Shown piece by piece: positions 26,775-36,105 of a DNA stretch of 64,000 bases; positions within the stretch are counted from its first letter, which is position 1; every line of letters begins with the position of its first letter. The translations under genes and the position numbers were made by a program. Source of the DNA: Candidatus Stackebrandtia faecavium (GTDB lineage Bacteria > Actinomycetota > Actinomycetes > Mycobacteriales > Micromonosporaceae); NCBI GenBank assembly GCA_019112895.1, contig DXIM01000010.1:50992-114991 (forward strand). The letters are read 5' to 3'. The notes beneath the pieces were generated by a model, which was given only the letters and a program-made list of their open reading frames with translations, did not search any database and had not been told where the DNA came from.

Positions 26775-26827
26775 AACGGACCCTTCACCTTCAACGCGAT
26801 TGCCATCCGCCCAAACATGACCAATCG

Positions 26828-26893
26828 CGCTACAGATTCGCTGCAGATCGACCGCACGTCGGTGTCCAGCGCTTTTACAGCGGATCTGTAGCG
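26828..26893. promoter_or_regulatory. Putative SARP-type binding repeats in a divergent promoter
   Basis: 18-bp inverted repeat (16/18 match) with 11-bp periodicity on both strands: cgct-acagatt-cgct-gcagatc-gacc-gcacgtc (+) and cgct-acagatc-cgct-gtaaaag-cgct-ggacacc (-). Confidence 0.55.
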
Positions 26894-26955
26894 GGCGTTG
26901 GAAAGCTCGAGTTGCTCCCCTTTCGGCAGGGGCCACGCAACTATCGAAACGGTGA

Positions 26956-27957
26956 ATGATGTCCAACAATGAAAGCACGCTACGGCGCATCATCTGGCTC
27001 TTCCCAGACCGGGAATCGACCCGCACGCAGGCAAAATGGAGCGGGGCGTTTTGGGAGACCTATGCGCAGATCGCCAACGATATGGGGCTGTCCTTCAAGC
27101 GCGTAGCCCCCGAAGCGGTGGTGGTCGATGCCTTGAACCCACAGGATCCGAAGTTCTATATCGACGGCGAACGCGTCACGCCGCACGACACGGTCTTCAT
27201 CTCGACCCCGTACACATTGCCGTACCAGACGGTGGATGCGTTCAATCAGTTCACTTTGTACGCTGTGCTGGAGGAAGCCGGATTCTATCTTCCACACCCG
27301 ACGGACATGGCGGCTGTCGGCAACGACAAGCTGGCCACGTTGCTGCGTTTCCGGGACTGCCCGGTACCGCCGGTACCGACGGTCCGCATCGGCACCGGCC
27401 GTGACCTGCTGTACGACGAGTACGAAGTCGCGATCGAGGACCTTCCCTACCCTGCTTTCACCAAGCCCGCCGGCTGGTGCGCGTCACGCGGCATCAACCT
27501 TGCGCGCGACGCCCACGACGTGCGGGGATTGCTCAGCCTGGCACAGGGTGGGGACACGACCATGGTGTTGCAACCGTTCTTGGGCGACAACACCGCCGAT
27601 TACCGCGTCTTCATGATCGACGGTAAGCCACACACCGTCATGGTGCGCGCGTCCGGCGACGGCGCCATCTATCCACAATTCACCACCGGCGCCACCATGT
27701 GGTTCTGTCCGCTCCCGGAGGAACTGTCCGAGGCGATGTCGTGGATCGCCAAGAAGCTGCCGGTCCCGTTCGCCTGCGTCGACTTCCTTCACGACGGCGA
27801 GAAGTTCTGGTTCTCCGAGATCGAAATGGACGGCGGGATTCTGTGCCCCGATCCGTCCGACCCTCAAGCCGTGGCCACTCAGCATTCCATCATTCGGGAT
27901 CGCTTCGAGGCCTATCGCACCCGTCACCAGGCGTTCCTTCAGGAGGTTAAAGCATGA
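26956..27957 (+). CDS. ATP-grasp fold protein (RimK/GshB-like)
   Basis: NDKLATL, FTKPAGWCASRGI, VLQPFLG, DYRVFMIDG, DFLHDG...EIE. Confidence 0.8.
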   Translation: MMSNNESTLRRIIWLFPDRESTRTQAKWSGAFWETYAQIANDMGLSFKRVAPEAVVVDALNPQDPKFYIDGERVTPHDTVFISTPYTLPYQTVDAFNQFTLYAVLEEAGFYLPHPTDMAAVGNDKLATLLRFRDCPVPPVPTVRIGTGRDLLYDEYEVAIEDLPYPAFTKPAGWCASRGINLARDAHDVRGLLSLAQGGDTTMVLQPFLGDNTADYRVFMIDGKPHTVMVRASGDGAIYPQFTTGATMWFCPLPEELSEAMSWIAKKLPVPFACVDFLHDGEKFWFSEIEMDGGILCPDPSDPQAVATQHSIIRDRFEAYRTRHQAFLQEVKA

Positions 27958-29171
27958 CCGGTTTCTATTCGTCCGGACCGATATCGATCGACATCCCCCG
28001 ATCCACATTGGCCAGGCTGCGTTCCGTCCCGACTCTGGCGTCGCGATACGAAGGCATCGTCGCCATCGACAGCCCCGAAGATCTCATCCATGCGCCCATC
28101 ATGGTCAAAGACGACCTGACCGCAGCCGTTGAATATTTGCGCCCCAAAGCACATCGTGGCGCGACGTGGACGTTCCAAAGCGGCGGCAGCACCGGCGTGC
28201 CGAAACTCGGCTACGCCCCTACCGGCCTCTACATGGACGAGGTCTATCAGCAGTGGAAACCGTTGGGGCCCAACGATGTTTTCGCCAACTGTTGGGGCGC
28301 CGGCAAGATGTGGGGCGCCCATTACCTCGTCAACGCGTACGCCGACCTGACCGGCTGCACAGGCATCAGTCTCGGCGCCATGGACCGCAGCGAATACGAC
28401 ACGTGGCTGGAGTTCGCACTCAACCGTCAGGTGACGTCGATAGGGGGCACACCCAGTGTGCTGCGCCCCCTGTTCGGCTATGCCCGCGACAACGGGGTGA
28501 AACTGCCCGACCTGCGAAGTGTGCTGTTCCTGGGCGAAGCCTGGAACCCTGGGCTGGAAGCCGATGTGCCGGCGGTCGCGCCGCACGCCCAACGCTGGGG
28601 CCTGTACGGCAGCACCGAGACGTGGGTTGCCGGAACCAACACTCCGAACTGCGCCGCCGACACCTGGCACCTGATCCCGTCGCAACTAGTCCACATCGGT
28701 GAGGACCAGCTGATCGACTTCACCTCACTCAAGCCGCACGGCTTGAACCCATTGCTGCGGTACCAAACCGGCGACGCTGGTGAATGGGTCAGCTGCACCT
28801 GCGGCGAACCCGGTCGCGCCCTTCGCATCCTCGGTCGGCGTGACGAGAACACAATGTTTCGCGGGATCTTGTTCAATACCGACCAGTTCGTCGACGAGGT
28901 TTTGGGCGAGCCCGGAGTCATGCAGGCCCAGACGGTCATCACGACGCACGAGGCCCGCGGCGAAACCTGCGAGGTACTGGTGGTGCCGACGAACGACGCG
29001 CCCGCAGACCTCACCGATCGCATACATAAACGCATCCTGAGCTCCGCCTACGGGCACACGACCGCGTTCCACCGCGACCCCACGTGCTTGACGGTCAGCA
29101 CCGTGGAGGCGCTCATCGCTAATCCGCGCACCGGCAAGACTTCCAACCTTGTTCGTCGGCAGGCGGCATGA
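27954..29171 (+). CDS. Phenylacetate-CoA ligase (PaaK)-family adenylate-forming enzyme
   Basis: QSGGSTGVPK, YGSTET, PLLRYQTGDAG..C.CG, ILGRRDE. Confidence 0.85.
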   Translation: MTGFYSSGPISIDIPRSTLARLRSVPTLASRYEGIVAIDSPEDLIHAPIMVKDDLTAAVEYLRPKAHRGATWTFQSGGSTGVPKLGYAPTGLYMDEVYQQWKPLGPNDVFANCWGAGKMWGAHYLVNAYADLTGCTGISLGAMDRSEYDTWLEFALNRQVTSIGGTPSVLRPLFGYARDNGVKLPDLRSVLFLGEAWNPGLEADVPAVAPHAQRWGLYGSTETWVAGTNTPNCAADTWHLIPSQLVHIGEDQLIDFTSLKPHGLNPLLRYQTGDAGEWVSCTCGEPGRALRILGRRDENTMFRGILFNTDQFVDEVLGEPGVMQAQTVITTHEARGETCEVLVVPTNDAPADLTDRIHKRILSSAYGHTTAFHRDPTCLTVSTVEALIANPRTGKTSNLVRRQAA

Positions 29172-30469
29172 CAAAAGCATCCGAAAAGGTCCGGCTCGGC
29201 CGCGACTTCAACCTCTTTTGGACGGGACAGTCCGTCAGCTTTATCGGCGACAAGATCAACCTGTTCGTGGTTCCTACGATCATGATTTTGTTCCTCGACG
29301 CCACGTCGTTCCAGGTCGGCCTGGTGAGCATGGCGCAGTGGGTGGCGATCCCGCTGCTCAGCCTCGTCGCCGGCGTCCTCGTCGACCGTTGGGACCTGCG
29401 TTGGACGCTCATCTGGTGTGACCTGATCCGGTTCGTGGCCATCGCTATTCTTCCGGTGGCTTACTGGATGGGCTTCCTGTCCGTCGGTCTGGTCTTCGCC
29501 AGCGTCGCGACCGTCAGCGCTGCGGCGGTGTTCTTCAATATCGGATACACGACGTCGATCGCGGCACTCGTGCCGGATAAAAACCGGGTGCGGGCGTATT
29601 CGCGGCTCGAAGGCAGCCGCACCACATCCGAAGTCATCGGCCCGGCGATCGCCAGTGGACTGTATTCGTTGCTGAGCGTCGTGTCGCTGTTCGCCAACGC
29701 CGTCGCGTACCTGTTCTCGGCGGCCACGATCGGCGCGATGAAACCCCACGGCACCCGCACCGCCGCATCAGTTCCGATGTGGACGCGCTTGAAGCGCGGC
29801 GTGCAACTCAACCTGAAGGACCCGGTGCTGCGCGGCACGGTCCTCGGCGCGTTCCTGCTGAACTCGGGCGGCCCCATCTTCGTAACCGTCATGCCCATCC
29901 TGGCTTACCGAGGCTTGAACATGTCGGTGGGCATGCTCGGTCTGGTCATGTCGGGCGCCGCCGTCGTCGCCGTGCTCGGTGCGGTCGTGGCACAGCGCGT
30001 CAGTGAACGGATCGGACCGGCGCGGATGTCGCCGATCTCGCTGTTCATGCACTGTTTCGTCGGCCTCGGTGTCCTACTCGCCCCGTGGCTGCCGGCCGCG
30101 CTGGTCCTATTCGTCACTCAGTCCCTGTACGGACTGTTCATGGTGTGGTTCAACGTGAGTACCGCCGCGATCCGTCTCGCCCGGGTTCCGGCCGAGGACC
30201 AGGCCGTGTCTCAGGCAGCGTTTAGGACCATCACCTGGGGCATCATCCCGTTCGCCGCACTCATCGGTGGAGTCTTGGTCGAAGCGTTGACGGGTCCTTT
30301 GGGCATTCTCAATGCCGCCAAGTACACGATGGTCGGTGCGACTCTCATCGGTGTCCTCGTCGGCTGGATCCCGTTGGCGCCCACCCATCGGCGCCTTGAA
30401 CGCGAGAAAGCGGAGCAGAAGGAAGCCGAAATGTTGGCCGCGGAGGAACCGGAGGTGACTCCGGCATGA
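29168..30469 (+). CDS. MFS transporter (DHA3-like exporter)
   Basis: RDFNLFWTGQSVSFIGD, AGVLVDRWDLR, GPAIAS; about 12 TM segments. Confidence 0.92.
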   Translation: MTKASEKVRLGRDFNLFWTGQSVSFIGDKINLFVVPTIMILFLDATSFQVGLVSMAQWVAIPLLSLVAGVLVDRWDLRWTLIWCDLIRFVAIAILPVAYWMGFLSVGLVFASVATVSAAAVFFNIGYTTSIAALVPDKNRVRAYSRLEGSRTTSEVIGPAIASGLYSLLSVVSLFANAVAYLFSAATIGAMKPHGTRTAASVPMWTRLKRGVQLNLKDPVLRGTVLGAFLLNSGGPIFVTVMPILAYRGLNMSVGMLGLVMSGAAVVAVLGAVVAQRVSERIGPARMSPISLFMHCFVGLGVLLAPWLPAALVLFVTQSLYGLFMVWFNVSTAAIRLARVPAEDQAVSQAAFRTITWGIIPFAALIGGVLVEALTGPLGILNAAKYTMVGATLIGVLVGWIPLAPTHRRLEREKAEQKEAEMLAAEEPEVTPA

Positions 30470-31341
30470 ATCCTGTCGACGAGCCGCGCATGGTTATCAC
30501 GGGATGCTCCTCCGGTATCGGTTTGGGCACCGCGATTCTTGCGGCCCAACGCGGTTACCGAGTCATCGCGACCATGCGCGACCTGGGTCGCGCCGATGCG
30601 CTTCGGGAAGCGGCGCAAGCCGCCGGGGTGACTGTCGACGTCCAGCAGCTCGACGTGACCGATGAGCAGTCGATCGCGCGCTGCATGGACGAGGTGATAG
30701 CGGCCCACCAACGCATCGACGTGTTGGTCAATAACGCCGGCTCCGCCGGCACCGTACCGACAATCGAACAATGCGCGATGTCGCAGTATCGACGCGGTTT
30801 CGAGGTGAATTTCTTCGGCACGGTCGCGGTCACGAAAGCGGCGATGCCGCATCTGCGGGCCAGTGGCGGCAAGATCATCACGGTCGGCAGCACCCGCGGC
30901 ATCATCGCCCAGCCGTTCAACGAGAGTTATTCGGCAGCCAAGTTCGCGACCGCGGGCTTCTTCGAAGCGTTGGCGCCCACGGCCAAGAGCATGGGAGTGT
31001 CGGTGACGATGGTGGAGCCGGGCCCGGTGTTGGGTACTGCTTTCGCCGCTAACGCCGGCGGGTCTGCCGAATCCGTCACGCGGCAGTCCGGGCCGTACAC
31101 GCCGGTCCTTAAATCCTATCTGGATTGGTTTGGCCGTACGGACCACCCGGATGTGCAGACCGCCGACGAGATAGCCGAGGTCATTCTCGACACCGCCCAC
31201 GCGCCGTCACCACCGTTTCGGGTCCTGACTAGCCCTTGGGCGCGGGAATTCGCCGCGCGCAAACTCGTGGATCCCAGCGGCGGGAACGTGATCGCGATGA
31301 CGTCGGCGTGGCTGGCACCGCATGGAGGCGCGCAACCATGA
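30466..31341 (+). CDS. Short-chain dehydrogenase/reductase
   Basis: TGCSSGIG, LDVT, NNAG, YSAAK, VEPGPV. Confidence 0.93.
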   Translation: MNPVDEPRMVITGCSSGIGLGTAILAAQRGYRVIATMRDLGRADALREAAQAAGVTVDVQQLDVTDEQSIARCMDEVIAAHQRIDVLVNNAGSAGTVPTIEQCAMSQYRRGFEVNFFGTVAVTKAAMPHLRASGGKIITVGSTRGIIAQPFNESYSAAKFATAGFFEALAPTAKSMGVSVTMVEPGPVLGTAFAANAGGSAESVTRQSGPYTPVLKSYLDWFGRTDHPDVQTADEIAEVILDTAHAPSPPFRVLTSPWAREFAARKLVDPSGGNVIAMTSAWLAPHGGAQP

Positions 31342-33029
31342 ACATCACGACACAACTCGCGCCACGCACGGTTTTCGACGCCATCGCGCGACACGCACAG
31401 TCACAGGCAACCGCGGTAATCCATAACGGAATCGAGTGGACTTACGCTGAGCTTCTCGGGCGGGCCTACGCGCTCGCGCGCGTGCTCGGACCGAACCCTG
31501 GCCCGGTCGGCGTAGTCACTTCCCACTCGCCGAACACGATCGTCGCGTTGCTGGGAGTGTGGGCCGCCGGCGGCACGTACTGCCCGATAGATCCGGCTTT
31601 CCCGCAAGTGCGGCAGCAGGAAATGGTGGCCGCGGCCGAATGCACGAACCTCGTGCTCACCGAAAGCCACCAGGACTCACCCACCGATATTCACGCGATC
31701 GCGGTCCCAACCGAACAGTCACCACCGGTCGAGGCCGTCGGTTCCGCGGGGCCCGCCTACATCCTGTTCACCTCGGGGTCGACCGGTACACCAAAGCCTG
31801 TCGAGACGTCACACGTGGCGATCGCGGCCACGGTCGCCTCGCTTCGGGACCTGTTTGACGTCTCATTGGGCGACCGGGTGTTGCAGTTCGCGTCGTTGAA
31901 CTGGGATACATGTTTCGAAGAGATCCTGCCCACGTTGTCGGCGGGGGCGGCGGTCGTGTTCGACGACGACGCCCACACCGGTTCCTTCCCGCGTCTACTG
32001 CGGTTGTTGGCGCGACATCGGGTCACGGTAGCGGATCTGCCCACCGCGTATTGGCACGAGCTCGTGCGGTATCTGGACGACGAAGGCACGACGGTCCCCG
32101 ACTGCTTCAGGTTGATGATCATCGGCGGCGAAGCCGCCAGTCCGGCGCGGCTGCGGCAGTGGGACGCGCTCGGCAACGACCGGGTGCGGTTGTTGAACAC
32201 CTACGGCTGCACCGAGACCACGCTCATCACTCATGCTGCCGATCTGGGCTCCTTCGATACCGGCCCGGTGCCGATCGGTTACCCGTTGCCGCACGTGGTC
32301 CAGCACATTGATGACGGCGAACTCCTGATCGGTGGCCCCGCCCTGGCGACCGGTTACGTACACAACAACGCCGAAACGGACCGGAAGTTCGTGTGGCGCC
32401 AGGGACAGCGGTTCTTCCGCACCGGCGATGCCGTCACCATATCGCCCAGTGGCGCACTCATCCACAACGGACGCATCGATGCGGAGCTGAAGATTCGCGG
32501 CATCAAGGTCAACCCGGTCGAAGTGGAGGCGCTGATCGGCGCGCACCGGGACGTGTCCGCCGTCGCCGTCGTCGGTACGCAGCACGCCGGGCGCACCGCG
32601 CTGCTGGCGTACCTCGTGCCGGCCGACAACACCGACTCGAACGCGCTGGCCGCAACCGTTGCCCGCGACCTGCGGTCACGCGCGCCCAGTCATCTCGTGC
32701 CCGCACGAATCATCACTGTCGACGCGTTGGCCCACACGCCCAGCGGCAAGGTCGATCGGGCGCTCACCCATCGACGCCACACCTCGATTAGTCACTTAGG
32801 AGAAACAATGAACGTGGACGAAATGATCGACACTTTCCGTCGAGTGTTGGAAACCGACGACATCGGCGCCGACACGGATTTCTTCGAACTCGGCGGGGAC
32901 TCGCTCCTGGCCACTCGGGTTCTCAGCGCGATCGCTAAACGCAGCGGGATCGAACTCACCTTCGACGACTTCGTCGTCTCTCCGACCCCGAGCGCGTTGG
33001 TGAAACAGTTGGGACGTGCGCAGTCATGA
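31338..33029 (+). CDS. Stand-alone NRPS adenylation-thiolation (A-PCP) didomain
   Basis: YILFTSGSTGTPK, YGCTETT, FFRTGD, GRIDAELKIRG, SGKVDR; PCP motif FFELGGDSL. Confidence 0.93.
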   Translation: MNITTQLAPRTVFDAIARHAQSQATAVIHNGIEWTYAELLGRAYALARVLGPNPGPVGVVTSHSPNTIVALLGVWAAGGTYCPIDPAFPQVRQQEMVAAAECTNLVLTESHQDSPTDIHAIAVPTEQSPPVEAVGSAGPAYILFTSGSTGTPKPVETSHVAIAATVASLRDLFDVSLGDRVLQFASLNWDTCFEEILPTLSAGAAVVFDDDAHTGSFPRLLRLLARHRVTVADLPTAYWHELVRYLDDEGTTVPDCFRLMIIGGEAASPARLRQWDALGNDRVRLLNTYGCTETTLITHAADLGSFDTGPVPIGYPLPHVVQHIDDGELLIGGPALATGYVHNNAETDRKFVWRQGQRFFRTGDAVTISPSGALIHNGRIDAELKIRGIKVNPVEVEALIGAHRDVSAVAVVGTQHAGRTALLAYLVPADNTDSNALAATVARDLRSRAPSHLVPARIITVDALAHTPSGKVDRALTHRRHTSISHLGETMNVDEMIDTFRRVLETDDIGADTDFFELGGDSLLATRVLSAIAKRSGIELTFDDFVVSPTPSALVKQLGRAQS

Positions 33030-34357
33030 AGATCGTGGTAGTTGGCGCGGGACTGGCCGGCCTGACCGCCGCGCGACTGCTGCGTGACGCGGGAACCGAA
33101 GTCACCGTCGTGGAAGCGCGCGACAGGGTCGGCGGACGGACGCATGGCATAGAGGTGTCACCGGGTTCGTGGGTCGACGCGGGCGCCGCGTATTTGGGCG
33201 ATCGACACACGCAGCTGCTGGAGACGATGTCAGCGCTCGGCATCAAAACCGTCGCCACCGACATGGAAGGTGGGAGCCGGTTTGAGTTGAACGGCGACGC
33301 CGACACCGCGGATGGGCGTTTCCCGCCGCTCAACGCTGTCGCTCTCGGCGACCTGTTCGAGCACCTGGCTGATCTGACGTCCTCGATCCGGCCGGACGCG
33401 CCGTGGCTCACCCCCGATGCCGAAGCCTTGGACGCGACCACGGCACGGCAGTGGCTGGACGAACGCACCAATCATCCGGACGCGCAAGCGTTCTTCCCGC
33501 TTTTCCTCGGCGAAATGATGGCGGCGGCCCCGGAATCGATATCCGCGCTGCACATGGGCTTCTACCTGCGTTCCGGCGGAGGGATCCGCTACCTGAACGC
33601 GTTCGAGGGCGGGGCTCAACAGGACCGGGTCGACGGCGGGGCGCACCGCATCTGCGAGGGTCTGGCCGAGGGTCTGGATGTCCGGCTCGATTCGCCGGTG
33701 ACCGAGATCGACAATCGTCCGGATGGTGTCGTGGTGACGACGGCGCGGCAACGGTTCGACGCCGATGCCGTGATCGTCGCAGTGCCTCCGCGTGTGGCCG
33801 ACCGCATCGACATCCGGCCGAAACCGGCCACTTCCCGTTCCACTTCGCAGTCTGCGCCCGGGTGCGCCGTGAAGGTGCACTTGATCTACCCGTCCCCTGT
33901 GTGGCGCGAGCACGGTTTGTCGGGCTGGTCGGTCAACGCACATGGCCCACTGTTGTCCACTGTTGATGATTCTTCGGGAACCGGCGTCGGTGTCCTCACC
34001 GGATTCGTGACCGGCGACGAAGCACACCGTTTCTCGCAGCTGGACCGCCACACGCAACGCACGCAGGCGATCGACCAGGCACAACGTCTGTTCCCGTTCC
34101 TCGGTGAACCGACCGGTTTCCACGTCACCGACTGGTTGCGCGAAACCTACAGCAAGGGCTGTTACGCAGCCCTGTTCGGACCCGGCGATTGGACCGTGCT
34201 CGGTCCGAATCTCACCGCCCCACACCACCGGGTGTATTGGGCCGGAACCGAAACCAGCACCGAGTTCTATGGACTGATGGAAGGTGCGATCCGCAGCGGA
34301 CAGTCCGCGGCGGACCAAGTTATAGCTGCCCACCAAAAGGACGACCACCATGACTGA
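33026..34357 (+). CDS. Flavin monoamine oxidase family protein
   Basis: GAGLAG, EARDRVGGR, DAGAAYLG, YWAGTET, MEGAIRSG. Confidence 0.92.
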   Translation: MKIVVVGAGLAGLTAARLLRDAGTEVTVVEARDRVGGRTHGIEVSPGSWVDAGAAYLGDRHTQLLETMSALGIKTVATDMEGGSRFELNGDADTADGRFPPLNAVALGDLFEHLADLTSSIRPDAPWLTPDAEALDATTARQWLDERTNHPDAQAFFPLFLGEMMAAAPESISALHMGFYLRSGGGIRYLNAFEGGAQQDRVDGGAHRICEGLAEGLDVRLDSPVTEIDNRPDGVVVTTARQRFDADAVIVAVPPRVADRIDIRPKPATSRSTSQSAPGCAVKVHLIYPSPVWREHGLSGWSVNAHGPLLSTVDDSSGTGVGVLTGFVTGDEAHRFSQLDRHTQRTQAIDQAQRLFPFLGEPTGFHVTDWLRETYSKGCYAALFGPGDWTVLGPNLTAPHHRVYWAGTETSTEFYGLMEGAIRSGQSAADQVIAAHQKDDHHD

Positions 34358-36053
34358 CCGCTCCCCGTTGGCGCCGATCGAAGTACGCAAACGTTTCATG
34401 GACGAACCGCTGCTCGGCGCCGGCAATTTCCTCGATTACGCCCTCGAAGGCAACCCGAACCGTTCGGTACCGTACGCGTTCACCCACCACGTCGATCACA
34501 CCGGTGCGGTCTCGATGCGCGGGCACAGCCTCGAACAGCTCGCTGCGCAACGCGACCGGTACGCCAGCTGGTACCACGCCAACGGCGTGCGCCCGCACCA
34601 ACCGGTCGGCGTGGTGGTCCCGGACGGTCTCGAACCGCTCATCCATTTCTTCGCGTTGACCGCGCTGGGAGCGATCCCGACGTTGATCAACGACGCGATG
34701 CCGCACGACGTCATGGTGCGGTACCTCAACCATGTCGGGGTCGTTGGTGTCGTTGCCGACGACACGACGAAACTGGCCGCCGCGTACCGGGCTGATCCGC
34801 AAAGCCGGCCACGTTTCATCGCCCTGTCGTACGAGGTGCAGTCCTGCGACACCTCGCAGACATCGCTTCCCGACCAGTACCCGTACCGGCACCAGCCCGA
34901 AGATGTTGTCGGTCTGATCCATTCGTCCGGAACGACCGGCACACCTAAAGCCAGCAAGCTGGGGCACCGGCAGTTTTGGGAAGGTAAGCAGCCGCGAATG
35001 GTGCGGTTCCCCACCGACGAAGACGACAAACTGTATTCGCTGATGCCGCACACGCACGCCGGCGGCTTGAGCTATTTCCTGACCACGACGCTGCTGGGCC
35101 TACCGACGATGGTCGCCGGCGATTGGCGCCGCGCCACGGTCGAGCCCGTCATGGAGGCGTTTCAACCGACCATGATGGCCTCATTCCCGCGCACCTTCGT
35201 TGAGCTCGCCACCGGCGAACTGCCCACGAAGGGGGCGGCGAACGTGCATTCGTGGTTTAACACGGGCGACTCCGCCCATTATGGGCATATTCGGAGGCTC
35301 GTCACCTTGGGTCGGCGCCCTGCCGGCCTCATCAAGCCGTGGCTGCTACCGCAGGACCATCCCGCCGACGCCGACATTCCCGGATCGCAATACATCGACG
35401 GCCTCGGCTCGACCGAGATGGGGATGGCGTTGTTCGGCCAGGTCACCACGCCCGAGTCCGAACGCGACGACCGGTGCGTCGGTCGACCGAGCGAGGTTGT
35501 CGACGACGCCACGATTCTCGACCCGGACGGTAACGAACTTCCGGACGGCACCGTGGGCATGTTGGCAGTCAAAAGCGTCTCGCTGACACCCGGATACTGG
35601 AACAACGAACGGTTGACCGCATCCTTCCGGCTCAACGGATACTGGCTCACCGGCGACATCGCCTACCGCAAGCCGGACGGTCGTTTCTACCACCTCGACC
35701 GCACGGTCGACGTGATCGACACCGAAACCGGGCCGGTGTACAGCCTGCTGATGGAGGAAGTGTTGTTGGCCGACTGCAGCGCCCAGATCCTCGACTGTTC
35801 TGTCGTGGGCGTCGCCGCCGGTTCCGGAGTCGGGATGGCGCCAGTCGCGGTCGTCAAGCTGCAAAGCGACGCACTCAATCTCACGCAGGAGGAGGTCCTG
35901 GAGCTGGCGAACGCGAAGCTCGCCGAAGCTGGACTGGAGAAACTGCATGCGGTGCGCATCGCCCACGGCGAGAAAGATTTCCCGCTCGGCCCGACCGGCA
36001 AAGTCCTCAAGCGACAAGTTCGCACGCAGATGGCGACCGTGTTGACCGGATGA
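34350..36053 (+). CDS. Class I adenylate-forming enzyme (acyl-CoA/amide synthetase-like)
   Basis: HSSGTTGTPK, GLGSTEMG, WLTGDIAY, LDRTVD, TGKVLKR. Confidence 0.9.
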   Translation: MTDRSPLAPIEVRKRFMDEPLLGAGNFLDYALEGNPNRSVPYAFTHHVDHTGAVSMRGHSLEQLAAQRDRYASWYHANGVRPHQPVGVVVPDGLEPLIHFFALTALGAIPTLINDAMPHDVMVRYLNHVGVVGVVADDTTKLAAAYRADPQSRPRFIALSYEVQSCDTSQTSLPDQYPYRHQPEDVVGLIHSSGTTGTPKASKLGHRQFWEGKQPRMVRFPTDEDDKLYSLMPHTHAGGLSYFLTTTLLGLPTMVAGDWRRATVEPVMEAFQPTMMASFPRTFVELATGELPTKGAANVHSWFNTGDSAHYGHIRRLVTLGRRPAGLIKPWLLPQDHPADADIPGSQYIDGLGSTEMGMALFGQVTTPESERDDRCVGRPSEVVDDATILDPDGNELPDGTVGMLAVKSVSLTPGYWNNERLTASFRLNGYWLTGDIAYRKPDGRFYHLDRTVDVIDTETGPVYSLLMEEVLLADCSAQILDCSVVGVAAGSGVGMAPVAVVKLQSDALNLTQEEVLELANAKLAEAGLEKLHAVRIAHGEKDFPLGPTGKVLKRQVRTQMATVLTG

Positions 36054-36068
36054 CCAAAGATCGCACTT

Positions 36069-36101
36069 TGGGGGTGGGAGCCGTTACTGCTCCCACCCCC
36101 A
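36069..36101. terminator. Bidirectional terminator-like hairpin
   Basis: tgggggtgggagc-cgttact-gctcccaccccca, 13-bp stem between convergent genes. Confidence 0.8.
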
Positions 36102-36105
36102 GAAA

